64,000 bases of DNA from contig NC_087246.1 of NCBI RefSeq assembly GCF_037042905.1, forward strand, positions 45,570,001 to 45,634,000, written 5' to 3'. This document shows, piece by piece, positions 14,001-26,200 of this stretch. The position numbers and the translations under genes were made by a program. The notes beneath the pieces are model-generated. The model did not search any database. It was not told the DNA's origin and was given only the letters and a program-made list of their open reading frames with translations. This DNA comes from Lytechinus pictus (taxonomy: Eukaryota). Position 1 is the first letter of the stretch, and each line of letters opens with the position of its first letter.

Positions 14001-16736
14001 TGCAACACTGCTGTATATCTGCACTGTCTTTAACATGTTAAATCCCACCTTACCATCCATGATCTGAGCAGGGATATTTCCCTGATCAATCCAGACTCAT
14101 CAAATCATAAACTTGAACATGTGCAGAAGGGTAATAACCGTCAAAATTTTTTTTTTTAATGATTGATAGGGGATCAGTGCACCAACTTAAAAGAAAATAT
14201 GAATGATGGATAGGTAAATAAGCTGAACAATGAAGAGCAAACTACAAGTGTATCACACTTTGCGAAAACGAACATTACTTGTGAAAATTGATGTTTTATT
14301 TCATTCAAAAAGGTGCAATGAATTAATTTGAGCCCATTAACTTAATGATAAAAAAGGAATGAAATCAAGAATGCATTATTGTTGGAATTGGGCATGAAAC
14401 ACACGTGACATTTTGTCTCTGTCATTGTGCATTTCCCATTATCAAACTTGATATTAATTGTCAAGTACTCTTGCTGCCCTTCATAACCTGCTCAAGGTTG
14501 GGATTTGATGAACCTGGTTAGAACATGGAGATTTCCTGGACAGCTCAGGAAAGTAACTGATCCGATTCTGAATGATCAAAGGGGGGTGATATGCTAGGCA
14601 GTGCAGAACCAGCAGTGGTATCAGTACTGCATGTATGCAAACTTGGAATGGGCTGAAAAAGCACCATTATTACATAATATACTGTGTATTCAAAACCGCT
14701 GAAGCGAGACCGATGAATCTTTTTTTATAGAAGTTAGGACTTGAGATGAGCTTCCTATTACCATACATTTAATTGAGAGTAATTTTCATTTTTTTTTATT
14801 AATTCACCCATATACCAGAGAGACTTTTTTTTTTGGGGGGGGGGGGGGAGCTGTAGAGGTAAAAACTACTTTTATTCATTACAATCCGTTAATTGGTATT
14901 TCTTTTTATCCAGTGATAGGAACATATCCTGACCGAGACACTTCTGTTGCACATCATCTTCCAGGTAATTATAACTGTAATATCCAGTTCCGTATCTAGC
15001 CGGACTAAACACAATAATGGAGGGGTCAACCACCATGACAACTGTCATGCTTTTGAACAAAGTTGACCACTTTGTGTGGTCTCATACATGCACTTCATAT
15101 GGCCCTTGACAGAAATGGCGTTTCCAATTCCTCAAAGCGCGGCAAACACCGAATCGTAGATGCATTATGAATATTTTTCACAATAATTTTTAGGCAATCC
15201 ATTGATCCATTCCCGAATTCGAACCCATATGTCGGGAGTACCATGTGAACAAGACGAGATCTAGAGAAAGTGGTGCATAAGAATAAAAAAAACTTAAGTG
15301 TAAGCCACCTTGTGTACAGGGGGTATATGTCACTGCCCTATTCGTGGTTGATTCGTATTGGTAGCCCAGGTCGAAAATCCTTATAATAATAATATAAGAA
15401 TAATAATTAAAAAATCAAAACAGAGAATTATTCTTGAATTATGGTGCTGGTAACAATAGCACCGAGTGGTTTGTAATGGTATATAGATAGTCAGAACCAT
15501 TATACTTTACCAGTTTCTATTGATTTCTATCGGTTTTACTTTTCTTCATCATGCTGTCGTTAAATACTAGTACCGATGGATTTTCATGGTTTTGACTGCA
15601 TGGATATCTAAACCAGTTGACTCTTCAGGCTATTTACCATGTTTACAATCTCTACTGGTTCACCAGCATACACACAGTAGAAACTAGTAGAATGCTACTA
15701 CTGATTATTATTTTTTTAATTGGAACGTTGAATTGTGAGGGTGCATGCTCAAGCAACGGTCCAAATGTGTAAGCTGCTTTTTGAGGGTAATCAGGGATGT
15801 TCTGATTTAAAAAAAATCTGTAAAAGTCCCGTGATGCAGAATTAGGCCTTTGGGAAACGTTGATTTTTTGTTAAATAATCATCTATACGCGGCTGAGTAT
15901 AGGAATATGAAACGACCAAAGTTCATGGTAGTTTATTTCTAATAATCAAAGAAAAAAATGTAATAAATTATTTGTGTCGTCCAAAGGGGTCGAATGAGGA
16001 TTTTTGGCAGTTTTCATTCATTTCGGGCACAACTGGGTGGAATTTCTTGATGTGAATGACATACTAGATAGGCTTAGGTATTGGCAACAAATGGGCGTTG
16101 TGGCGTGCGTCTGTAATCCAAGCTACATTGGGGGAAGTTACAATTTGATGCAGAGGTTCGAGTCCTGGTCACGTCTTTCGTATGGTGACATTAAATGTCG
16201 GCCCAAAATGTAAATTATTAAATCACGTCTATTAAAACTCAAGCACACACGCGCGCGCCTGCTCACTTACAAATACTCCCGTGTTTATCTCAATTTGGCA
16301 AAGAGATGGACTTTATTTGGCGTCCTTATACTTATTAACTCAAGTTTCTTTCTTGTCAAATGCAGGTACTGCAAGTAATGATGTGTCAGTCAATTGCCAA
16401 GTCATCCCTGAAGAGTGCCATTCCATCTTGTCCTACAACAGATCACATGGAATACTCGTTGGTAGTCAAACTACTTTCTTCTCTCCATGGCCTCTGATCG
16501 AGACGTACGTAGCCTGCAGCCCTTCAGCGGCTCGTGTTCTCTTCTGTTCGACGGTGTATCCAACTTGCTCACAGGATCCTCAGATTGCATACGGTGAAGT
16601 GTGTAAAGAAGTATGTGAAAGAGTGAAACGCGACTGCGAATATTCATTCGAAGTCCTCAATCTACCATACATTGATTGTAAAAAGCTGAAGAATCGTAAC
16701 GATTCCATTGGAATGCCATGTTTGGATTCCAATTAG
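4977..16736 (+). CDS. Type II single-pass membrane protein: cytoplasmic N-terminus, TM, S/T/P stalk, Frizzled CRD, EGF, EGF, Frizzled CRD (~521 aa, 7 coding exons)
   Basis: Exons 4977-5045, 9011-9278, 9693-9926, 10787-11161, 11889-12005, 12586-12717, 16366-16736 join through GT-AG sites in compatible phase: 1566 nt, no internal stop. Two 10-Cys Frizzled CRD patterns, two 6-Cys EGF patterns and one hydrophobic helix (AIAFNIVLLATLVLIFTVVSLLVLALY). Confidence 0.8.
5063..5973. mobile_element. Non-autonomous hAT-like element (gcgagcgcgaagcgcgagc internal repeats)
   Basis: TIR CAGTGGCGTA...TACGCCACTG; exact 8-bp TSD TTGTCAAT at 5055-5062 and 5974-5981. Confidence 0.88.
9011..9278 (+). CDS. FZ/EGF gene exon 2, transmembrane (signal-anchor) helix
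   Basis: ttccatccag acceptor; basic residues followed by a ~25 aa hydrophobic stretch; A|gtaggt donor, phase 1. Confidence 0.75.
9693..9926 (+). CDS. FZ/EGF gene exon 3, Ser/Thr/Pro-rich stalk
   Basis: Single open frame (SHFQIEANTPGLEP...PTTPFEITQEN), polypyrimidine tract before the acceptor, G|gtaagg donor. Confidence 0.7.
10787..11161 (+). CDS. FZ/EGF gene exon 4, Frizzled cysteine-rich domain 1
   Basis: CVPI..C...YTTTFFPN..HCHP..LLC..C..PCRSLC..C..C..C (10 Cys); tag/gtaggt borders. Confidence 0.9.
11340..11720. repeat. Low-complexity trinucleotide region (CAT, CTT, GTT, CTA)
   Basis: Read directly. Confidence 0.85.
11889..12005 (+). CDS. FZ/EGF gene exon 5, EGF-like domain 1
   Basis: CSNSSCQNGGICFEVNDHILCRCPDPFYGISC; phase 1-1 exon. 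Confidence 0.9.
12586..12717 (+). CDS. FZ/EGF gene exon 6, EGF-like domain 2
   Basis: DPCAVNPCLNGATC...YICLCALNYHGPKCE; tacag/gtaagt borders; not in the ORF track. Confidence 0.9.
13337..14853. mobile_element. Large degenerate foldback element in intron 6 of the FZ/EGF gene
   Basis: Paired inverted blocks at about 13337/14853, 13444-13500/14683-14739 and 13973-14015/14622-14670. Confidence 0.7.
13521..13961. mobile_element. hAT-like MITE with aattatgc repeats, nested in the foldback arm
   Basis: TIR CAGCGTGGCCAG/CTGGCAACGTTG; exact 8-bp TSD TGTTACGC at 13513-13520 and 13962-13969. Confidence 0.85.
16092..16204 (+). mobile_element. 7SL (SRP RNA) Alu-domain-like head with B box; probable SINE fragment
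   Basis: TGGGCGTTGTGGCGTGCGTCTGTAATCCAAGCTAC resembles the 7SL/Alu 5' end; GGTTCGAGTCC B box downstream. Confidence 0.6.
16366..16736 (+). CDS. FZ/EGF gene terminal exon, Frizzled cysteine-rich domain 2
   Basis: 10-Cys CRD (CQVIPEEC...LFCSTVYPTC...VCKEVCERVKRDC...C...PC) followed by TAG. Confidence 0.85.
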
Positions 16737-17025
16737 ATTAATTTTCCCTTATACCCCTGTAGTGTCACAAATGTTGTGTCGGTCTATGACAAACACCAAT
16801 CAAAGACGGCGTTCGCAGCTTGCACGATATAGTAATCTGAGAGACTCATGAGAGATCACTGGAAGACCAGTGAAAGTTCACTCTAGAATAGTACAATTTC
16901 AGTAAGACAAGAAGTATCAATCAGTTTTTCAGAGATCTTTAAGAGTTTTATTTTTGGGGTCATTCTACAGAGATGGCCAATTTTTTGTTGTTGTGATTTT
17001 GGAAATAGATTACCGAAGTGATGAC

Positions 17026-17226
17026 GTCAGTTGCCATAGTGTCATGGCGGCCTGGTTCTAAACAAATGAACCCGCCGAATGAAAGCGTGTGTTTCTCATG
17101 GGAGAAAATGGCTGCTATCGGAATTTGATCGCTTGCAACCTATTTTAAGACGAGCCAATGTGTACAGACGACCGTCAGCTGCGACTCTGTTTAGAACCAG
17201 CCCGCCATGACACCATGGCAACTGAC
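17026..17226. repeat. ~39-bp inverted repeat pair (MITE-like) downstream of the FZ/EGF stop
   Basis: gtcagttgccatagtgtcatggcggcctggttctaaaca and its near-perfect reverse complement at 17188-17226. Confidence 0.75.
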
Positions 17227-18824
17227 ATTTTCAATTTTGGCCTTTCAGTGGTCTCGATGGGTTTTCAAGGGCTTCCGTTCTATGGAAAAAAAGGCCATAA
17301 CCATTGTTCCGTGTTTTCGAAATTTGGACTGTATGTAAGCAGAGTCAGTCGGCTAACTTTCTTCGAACCGATCGAAAGGAACTGACGGTTTTCAAGATGT
17401 GTATTACCAAGGTCCATCACGTGAATGTTTCGGGAGGGCGGCCGATGACTCTCATCTCTTTTCTGAGTCCAATTTTTCTCGACTTGCGGCCTCACGCCAC
17501 CGTACTTAATCCTCCAGCAAACTTTTGAACTTTTGAAAAGTTGTTATTCTTGTTATGATCTGGAAATAGCTATCGTGACTTCAAAATCATTTTTAAAATG
17601 TCCAGTACAGTCTCTAAAGGTAATATCCCCGAAAAACAGTTTTAACATCTTGCCATGTCATGTATTTTGTTTTAATGTTTGAATGGTTTTGTCTGATATT
17701 ACTCTAACTTTATTCGCCAAGGCTTCTAGTCCAGTAGTCATATGATACATGTACATTCCAGAAGATCTACAAGACACAGTGTGGGTCAGGAAGAGAAACC
17801 AATGATATATTTTTCTGCCATCTAAATCAAAATTATAAAATTAAGATAGAATAGGTTGTTATGTTCTGATCGCTGACTGTCACATTTGCGATTTCCTTGA
17901 ATTAATTCTTTACTTAATTTTCATCTGCACTTCTTCTTATTGATTTGATAGACTTCGGAGCCTTACCAACAATTTTGGATTTTGTACAGTAGGCTATTAG
18001 GGAGCTCGGGTAAAAAAACTGTGAATAATTCAAAATAATTTGTAAGCTTTCTCGGTAGCTTTCAGATATCAAATTTCTAGGTAAATTAGAAAGAAAACAG
18101 AAAAATAAAAAAAAATTGTAGAAAATGGCCGGTAGTAATCGAATTTTATTCAACTATTCAATTATTTACCTTAAAAAAAAAAGACCATTTAACTTCTGTA
18201 AAATTTGCATATTTGATGAACCCTGAGTATACTTTCCGTTATATATCCTATTACTGAAAATTTGTTTCTATTATTGTGATTGGTCGAGAGACCTTCACGT
18301 GACTAATCACAATTTCAACAGAATAACGAAATTCATCGGAGATCGAAATAGTTCGCGACGTCAGAGTAGAATAACTTTTTTTTTACTATTCTGCGTCCGG
18401 CCGCAAACCACGCCATCACTTGGGCACAACGTACGACGGGCTGCCTCCACGTCACTTGACAAGTCTAGTGATCAATGGCGTAGCTAGGATTTTTTCCTGG
18501 GGGGTCCTTGCTTTTTCAGGGGGGCAACATTGTTTTTCTCTGTGTGTGTGTGTGTATGTGTCACAAGGGCGAATCCGACTTTCGCCAATAGGGGGTGGGG
18601 CCCGAAATTATCTTCACCTATATTTTCCCAATCAGTCACTTAGCTTTATATGAAATAATCTCATAAGCCTACATAAAAAGCGCGAAGTGCGAGCGAATTA
18701 TTTTATCTTTCATGTATTTTCCCCTCAAAATGTAACATTCTGGGCAATGTTTGTGATCCTGAACAAGATGCGTATTCAACAAGATAAATGCCACCTTTCG
18801 CAATCCTCACGGACGCTCATATTA

Positions 18825-18953
18825 GGGTCCCCTAACACAAAAGTTAACGCTTAATCATACACTTGATTTTTAAGATTGATTGTACATTATAGTCAATAGA
18901 ATCAAACGTAGAAAACTGCTCTACAATCAATGCTAAGCTTTGTGTAACAGGGG
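18825..18953. mobile_element. Short degenerate MITE
   Basis: Imperfect TIRs ccctaacacaaaagtt / aagctttgtgtaacaggg. Confidence 0.45.
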
Positions 18954-19412
18954 GGTTACAGGCCCTACAGATCTGCTTTTCGTGTGCAAAATTCTTTCCC
19001 GCGACACCCGCACCATACATGCATGTACATTACGACTGATGGCTGGAGATATTCGAAATGCAGGACCTAAAATAGATCATGACATGGATAAGAAAGTGGT
19101 TTTTCAAACAAATCGAGTACATATTGAGTGAGGAAAAAGTTACTGAATTAAGGCTTAGATATAGATCATTACAGTCAATCGAATCGATATTGCATTTAAT
19201 GTGGAATATTGGTGGATCTCTGGCAATTGATTCCATGGGTCAAATCACCTCTCCAGCCGAAACCATTTCGCATGCGTTGCTTATGTACACAGCATGTATA
19301 CGTGCGGTGTTTTATCTTTTGTTAACTCCTACACAAACAATATGCCTCTAGCACACAATGTAATGGGCATTATGCTTTACTTTCCCCAGAAATGGGGGAT
19401 TAGATTCGAATT

Positions 19413-19713
19413 CCCGGGGGGACCACTTCCATCTATGAGTGGATACCAGGCACGACCATGCGGTATCAAAAAGCACCCTTAACACGGGAAGCAAGTCTTT
19501 TCCAGATTATGAAAATGCATCTGTTAACAAGTATTTAGCTTGTGAAACCCTACAAGTATTGAAAACATATCCTTTTTTTTAGTATTTCAAACATCGTTTT
19601 TGACACCCTTATAACGTTACATAGGCCTATACGTAACGTACTTGCCCACTCTTTCCCTTTTTACGCGTGGTCGCGCCTGGTATCCACTCTTCAATGGAAG
19701 TGGGCCCCCCGGG
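19413..19713. mobile_element. MITE with CCCGGG termini (same family as 47585-48447)
   Basis: TIR cccggggggaccacttccat..gagtggataccagg / cctggtatccactc..atggaagtgggccccccggg. Confidence 0.8.
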
Positions 19714-20845
19714 CGGCCTCTCGAGCTCTGGGAGGAACCAAATGTGGCTTTGGAAAGTCGTCCTAAATCGGATAAATCGCTGTTACCATAGTAGGAACCA
19801 GAATTTTGCACACGAAACGCATATTGAATGTTTCCTTTGCAGATGCGAAACAAAAAAAAATATCATGTCACACAATTTGCATTGCAGGACAGAGTTTTAC
19901 GACCATGACGACGGGCCCAAAAAGTCTCTTCCAAAATCAACTAACGTCGTAAATAAGCGCTCGCGTTCTCCAACGAAAGGTCCGGAGTGATGCGACAGCG
20001 CAGACGCTTTATCAGGGTACGGTCCGCTTACATGGCTAAGCGCAGCGCAATCAGCACATGTCAAAATGCAACGCTAGCTAAATCACAAACTCATCGATAA
20101 CTAAATGTCAATGTGAAATCGCGTCTTGCTTGTTTATAATGAATCTGTATGCTGAAAATGAAATTAATGATGACCATCGATTCGATCATCGAAAGATTCG
20201 GGCTTTTTTATTTTAGTTCGCAGGGTTCGTTGAACTTCGTTCACAACCAGTAAGTTGTCAAAAGATGGATCTCGCAACACCCAACCATTGGAGTGATGTA
20301 TATTATTGATCCTTTATCCAGTTTTTAGAGTCTGTAAGATAAGGGAATTAGGATTGACACGGAAATTGTATTTCATTTATTTATCTATGTATATCTATGT
20401 ATATATTTTAAAACTGTTGAATATATACAATAGCTGACAATAGGTCTATTTGTAGGTATTTCAAACCGAACGTAGTCTTACGATTCTTGTTGCTATAAAA
20501 ATGTAAACTATTAATCCACAATATTTGATGCAATGATACTTTTATTTTGGATGTAATGTTATTATCAGAACCTGACAATGTTTTCGTTGTAATCAACTCT
20601 GTCTATTAATTACATTAAATTTGCTAATTTAATGTACAGTATCAAATGAATTATTCTGTTTGCTTCCGATTATTGTGTCTTCTGTTAATGTACTAGTAAA
20701 ATGCCTCTCTTAAATTTAAGTAAATCCCACAGTGTCTGTCACAGTCCGGCCAGTTCAGTACTGACTACATCAGTAAACCACAAAATATATGAAGAGAGAA
20801 GTTGAGGACAGAACTGAAAAAAAATCATACAATATTGATAAGGAT

Positions 20846-21139
20846 CATGGGCGGAAATCCCAGGGGGAAGGGGGGACGCGTCCCCCTACCCGAAATAGTA
20901 TAGGGGGGCCACAATATCAGATGTCCCCCTACTATTTTTGGGCTTTTTATTATGGAAATAAATACATCTTTCAAAATCGAAATAATACATGTATTTTGGA
21001 CGAGATGACCTTACTTGAAGCATGGACCTATATGTCCATGCTTTAAGGGGTGCATGATAACCTTTTTTTTGGCTTGTCAAATTGTCCAGCCCCTAGTCCC
21101 CCCCCCCCCCCTACCTTCGGGGAGAGATTTCGGCCCTTG
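20846..21139. mobile_element. hAT-like MITE
   Basis: TIR CATGGGCGGAAATC/GATTTCGGCCCTTG; exact 8-bp TSD ATAAGGAT. Confidence 0.85.
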
Positions 21140-23128
21140 ATAAGGATATCATATCAGTTGGTTGGCTGAAAGCTATATCATGGCACTATGTCACATTGTG
21201 TTTGATATGAACTTGACTAATTAGTCTAATCAGGCTGTTTGACCACCCAAGAATTAAACTATAAGATAGGATTGTACATTTCAATCAAAATGAATTTATT
21301 ATATATATCAATATTGCCATTATCGTGGCTCACAAGCTGTCAAAACATAAAGATCAATAAACCAGTATCAAATTTGGAACAATCTGTCTCAATTCAAATT
21401 AGTATGATCTGTATAATCTAATTATAGTGACCTGCAATTCCTATTCAAGGAAAGAGCATAAATGCTGTGTTTATGAACACAATCTATTTAGTATACGTAT
21501 ACCGACTATGGGGAAAGTTCAGTTTCTCAAGTCTTCACTTATCACCCGTTGTCAGACGTCAAATGTATCAATGTTCAAAGTGATCATGCGATGCTGAAGA
21601 AATGGATGAGCAGTGCCGAACGGAAGACGATATGAGGATGAACTCGCGAATGCGATGAACTTGCCAAACCAGAAGAAGAAACCGGATAACCAAGAACTCG
21701 GGACTTTCCCGTGGAGAACGTAGCAATCGCAGAACGTCGCAGAACGTCGTAAGACGTCGAAGAGGCCGTGAACGTCACAATTAGACGTAGGACGTAGATA
21801 ACCTTTGCCAAACGAGGAGAACCATGGCGATAAATGGAAACGTGGAGACACGTAAACGTCAAGAGACGTGGATAAATCATCGAGAAAACGGCCGTCTGGA
21901 AGAGAATACGCAAAGATTGACAGCCTACAGTCCATATCATTTCTGTTATTCAAATGGTTTATAATAAGGTAAATGCTGAGTACATTCAAGCAGGTCACTG
22001 AACTTTCTATACTTGCTTTCGAGTACCTATTAGCAGTGTTCTTACTCTGAACAAGTGAAACATTAATTCTGATAAAGTGTCATATAAAAATCACCACTCT
22101 CCTAAGATAATAAGCGTTTAAACAAAAGATTCAACATTTGTAATAAATAGATTAATTGTCTTGATAAATGACAAAATAGCTTTCAAGTTTCAAATATTGG
22201 ATAGTTAAGTCACTTCCTAAAATAACAATTTCATGACGTGTGTAAGACATATAAATGTATCATGAATTTCTTAATAGAGTGTAAGACATAATATCCCGGC
22301 ATAATATCTGATATCTTACATGTAGATGTATGTCTTACATCTTCAAATAGCATAATTATCCTTCGTCATGTTCAATTGTAATACAAATTAACATCACAGT
22401 TTCTAAATATTATCAGTCTGCTGAACATTTGCTTGCATTGCCCTATGCAGTGCACACACACAATAGCTATCAAACACAGTGAGGGGTTGCCTACTCTAGC
22501 AGTTAGGTTTGGTCTATTCATAAACAAATTAAGGAGTTACTCAACCAAATAGGCTCTTCCACTGGCTAGTAAAGGGGAGTTTGAATAAGCTTCTGACACA
22601 CTATACTAATAACTTTGACCTGCTATGGTTTTTAGATGACAATGGTTAATCAAACCACATTGCTATCTTATAAAACATATACAATACATTTGATCAGGGG
22701 GTTGAATAACAACCCACATTTTATAGGCGGAATGGGGGAGGGGAGGGGGCGACGCGGTACCCTGTGCCCCCTGGCGCGCCCGGGGGCGCGGCACAAAGAA
22801 ATGGAAAAAGTCATAACTGTAATGCAGCGTTGTTTGAGCTTCCTTGGAGCTGAACCCGGGAGCTAAAATATTAACGATCTATATAAAGCCATGTAGTAAA
22901 AACAGAAAGAGTTGAGTTTGGTTACCTTTTTTATTGCAGGTGTAGGCCTATGCCTTTTTATAGCACCCTTTGTCATATGACAAATCCGCTAGGCCTCGCT
23001 TATTACACTCATGTGTATGAAAACAAGAGCCCGAAGTCCAACCATAGAGCTATTAATTCAACAAGGCTGAGTTCGCGTTTCATTTGTGTACTTCCGCCTA
23101 TTGGATTACACTAGCTACCTGCACTTTC

Positions 23129-23295
23129 ATGGAGCTAGCTAGCTACGAACATGAACCTGCTACTATGGGACTGCACACTCTAGCTGACTACGAAAGACGT
23201 GCACGAGAAATTATATCTGATAGTGCATGGGTGTATTACGATTACGGAAGGGAACGACGATGGTGCCTCGAAGACAGTGTCAAAGCATTTTCAAG
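23129..23295 (+). CDS. HAO-like exon 1
   Basis: [10 protein letters not shown]...YYDYG...AFSR; AG|gtaact donor. The start could be the second ATG. Confidence 0.85.
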
Positions 23296-26200
23296 GTAAC
23301 TTAACGTCTTACTTTATCCCCTTTTCCCCCTATACTTAGGCCAAAGTTAAGCCCTAGAGCTACTGAGTTAGACATACCATCCATGCATATTCAGTTTCAA
23401 AACACCCGGTCAAAACATTGACCCGTTTTAGCCGGGTCGAAACATCCTTACAACTAAAAATGATATTCAATCAATTGCATGTCATATTATTAGCTCATTA
23501 TTTTTTATCTTGTGATAATCCATAACTTCATAGTCTTCACCGGAGTCTACATTAATTGAAGTCTTAATACTCCCCAAGTTACGAATTCAAACGAAAACCC
23601 CAGGCGAAAACCGCGAAACCGTATACGAACCTATATACCTTATTCACATCACTGCAGCTTGTTAAATCGATCACTGCTCGTGTGTGCACTCGCTTTGTGA
23701 TGTTTACGGGGATGTTTATTATGTACAAATAATGTGCGATTGAAAAAGCTTGAACCATATTCATGGAGCAGCTGTTAATAGCTCTATGCTTGAACCTTGC
23801 AGCGGACGGAGTCCTATACGGCAGCGTAATAATGCCTCATTTTGTGCATATGACTCGTACATGCAATGATGTGCTGACATAAGTTGGCGAGAAACCTGTT
23901 GTTCCGTGTCCCCCCAAAAAAAAAATTCTTCGACATGTTTGACGAGAGTGCTAAAAAGATAATCGCGCCACCTTTTTAAAGGTCAAGTCCACCCAAGCAA
24001 AATGTTGATTTGAATAAATAGAGAAAAATCAAACTAGCATAACACTGAAAATTTCATCAAAATCGGATGTAAAATAAGAAAGTTATGGCATTTTAAAGTT
24101 TCGCTTATTTTTCACAAAACGGTGATATCCACAACTCAGTGACATGCAAGTGAGTCAGTCGATGATGTCCATCACTCACTATTTCTTTTGGTTTTTATTG
24201 TTTGAATTATACAATATTTCATTATTTACAGATTTGACCAAAGGGACCAACTCGACTGAACCATATAGTATTCTAATTCTAATTCTAATTCCACATGTAT
24301 AGGGAGGAATTAATCACTGTTTTACTTGACAATGAAGAGAAAATTAGAATATTTCATATAATAAAATACAAAAGAAATAGTGAGTGGATGATGTCATCAG
24401 TCTCCTCATTTGCATATACCGACCAGGATGTGCATATAACTGTTTTGTGAAATTAATAAAGCGGAACTTTGAAATGTCATAACTTTTTTATTTTACATCC
24501 GATTTTGATGAAATTTTCAGTGTTATGCTTATTGGATTTCTCTCTTTATATTCAAATAAATTGTTAGTTGGGGTGGACTTGTTCTTTAAGCTTATGATGC
24601 TATAGTTTCTTCATTTAAGGTCTCTTTTGTGCTCACCGGGTGCCAATTTTGCTTGCATGTCCCCTTTGACCAATGTCATGCGTAGATAATGAAAAAAAAA
24701 TTTCTTGATAACATTCTAGGGGCCTTTCGTTAATGATTTGGTATGAAAAATAAAGAATCGTGACAAACGAGGGTCGTGGCCCAGAGAAAATCCGGTGGGT
24801 AAGAAATGACAGCTTTCATTTCTCTAGCTGAAGATGTTATGTTGAAGCAATAAACTGTGGTCCATTTTTGTCTCGCCTGCATAGCAGAGCGAGACTAATA
24901 GGTGCCGCTTTTCCGACGGCGGCGGCAGCGTCGTCAACATTGAAATCTTACCCAATTAAACGTTAAGTTTTGGAAATATCATCATAACTTACAAAGTATA
25001 TAGACCTAAAACTCTGACATAAGGGTAATCAATTATTACTGAACATCCTGCCTAAGTTTCAGGTCACATGATCAAGATAAAAATCCTTTAGGGTCAACGA
25101 ACTAAGACCATGTGTAGAGAATCAACATCGAACGTAAGGTTTGGAATGTCATCATAACTTAGAAAGTATACGGTATATAGACCTTAGACTTTAGTTCATT
25201 AAACCTGGATATATGGAGTTTCAAGTGACATGACCAAGGTCAAAGGTCATGAAGGGTCAATGAAATTAGATTATGTTAGCACTGATGCTATATTGAATTG
25301 CATAATGCGGGCTCTCCACTTGTGTTTTCATAAACAAATACTCATAAAGGTACAGGATAAGGAGTCAAGTTCTTCAAGATGTTTCGAAGCGGAGTTTAGC
25401 AACCACCGTCCTTGGACAGCCCCTCAAGTACCCGATATGCATCGCCCCCACAGCACTCCACACCTTTGCACACCGAGGGGCCGAAAAGGAGACGATCAAA
25501 GGTACCCATTTTGTGTACACTACAAATCATTAGTCAAATAACCAAAAATGTCCCCGCGAGTAAAATTATTGTCTGAAGAGAAGGCCCTATCTATCCGGGG
25601 CACTTGTCGTGGAGTTGCCCTATATAAATATGGCCTATGGATATTCAGTTTTTTTTTTTTTTTTTGGAGGGGGTACAGTAAATCGAGGGTACATGTATGT
25701 TTCAAGGTCTAAACCCATACCCAACTCTCCATACATCAATTTTCGACTCATATAATTGCCTTCACTTTTTGAAATATCTCTTGTCTTCGTCCTGGCCATC
25801 TCTGAGGTTCGACCTCAAGACCAAGGCCAATAAATAGACGTCCGAATCTCAAAGACAAGGCCAACGACATACGTTTTAGCATCGAGGCGCACAGTACTGC
25901 ACTGAACTTTCTTACACGTCACACTCTAGAAAAAAAAGGTTTACCCATACTGGGTAAAATGGGAACATGCATATTGGTTGGGTAAAAAGATCGCGTCAAT
26001 ATTTTGTACATTTTACGCAATGTTGCGTTGAAATAGCCCCTGCAAACATGCATGTTCCCTTTTTACACAATATTGGGTAAAATTTTACTCAGTGTTTTAA
26101 GAGTGCAGAAGAAAAAACAACCAAGACATATCGACATATGATTAAATCAATCGTGGGATTAAAAGATTGACCAAGTATTGTTTCGAAATAAACCAATTAT

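Noticed and set aside
4977-16736. Calling the FZ/EGF gene corin, MFRP, sFRP or a Frizzled receptor
   Set aside because: No LDLa, CUB, SRCR, protease, netrin or 7TM exons were found, and the frame stops after CRD2.
21552-21998. Minus-strand ORFs of 148 and 118 aa
   Set aside because: No recognisable motif or exon partners. The strand compositional skew explains the lack of stops.
23043-23788. 14-bp perfect inverted repeats (catagagctattaa / ttaatagctctatg) bracketing HAO exon 1, suggesting exon capture by a transposon
   Set aside because: The flanks (agtccaac vs cttgaacc) are not a target duplication. The right repeat has its own local cttgaacc duplication near 23749, so two independent remnants are more likely.
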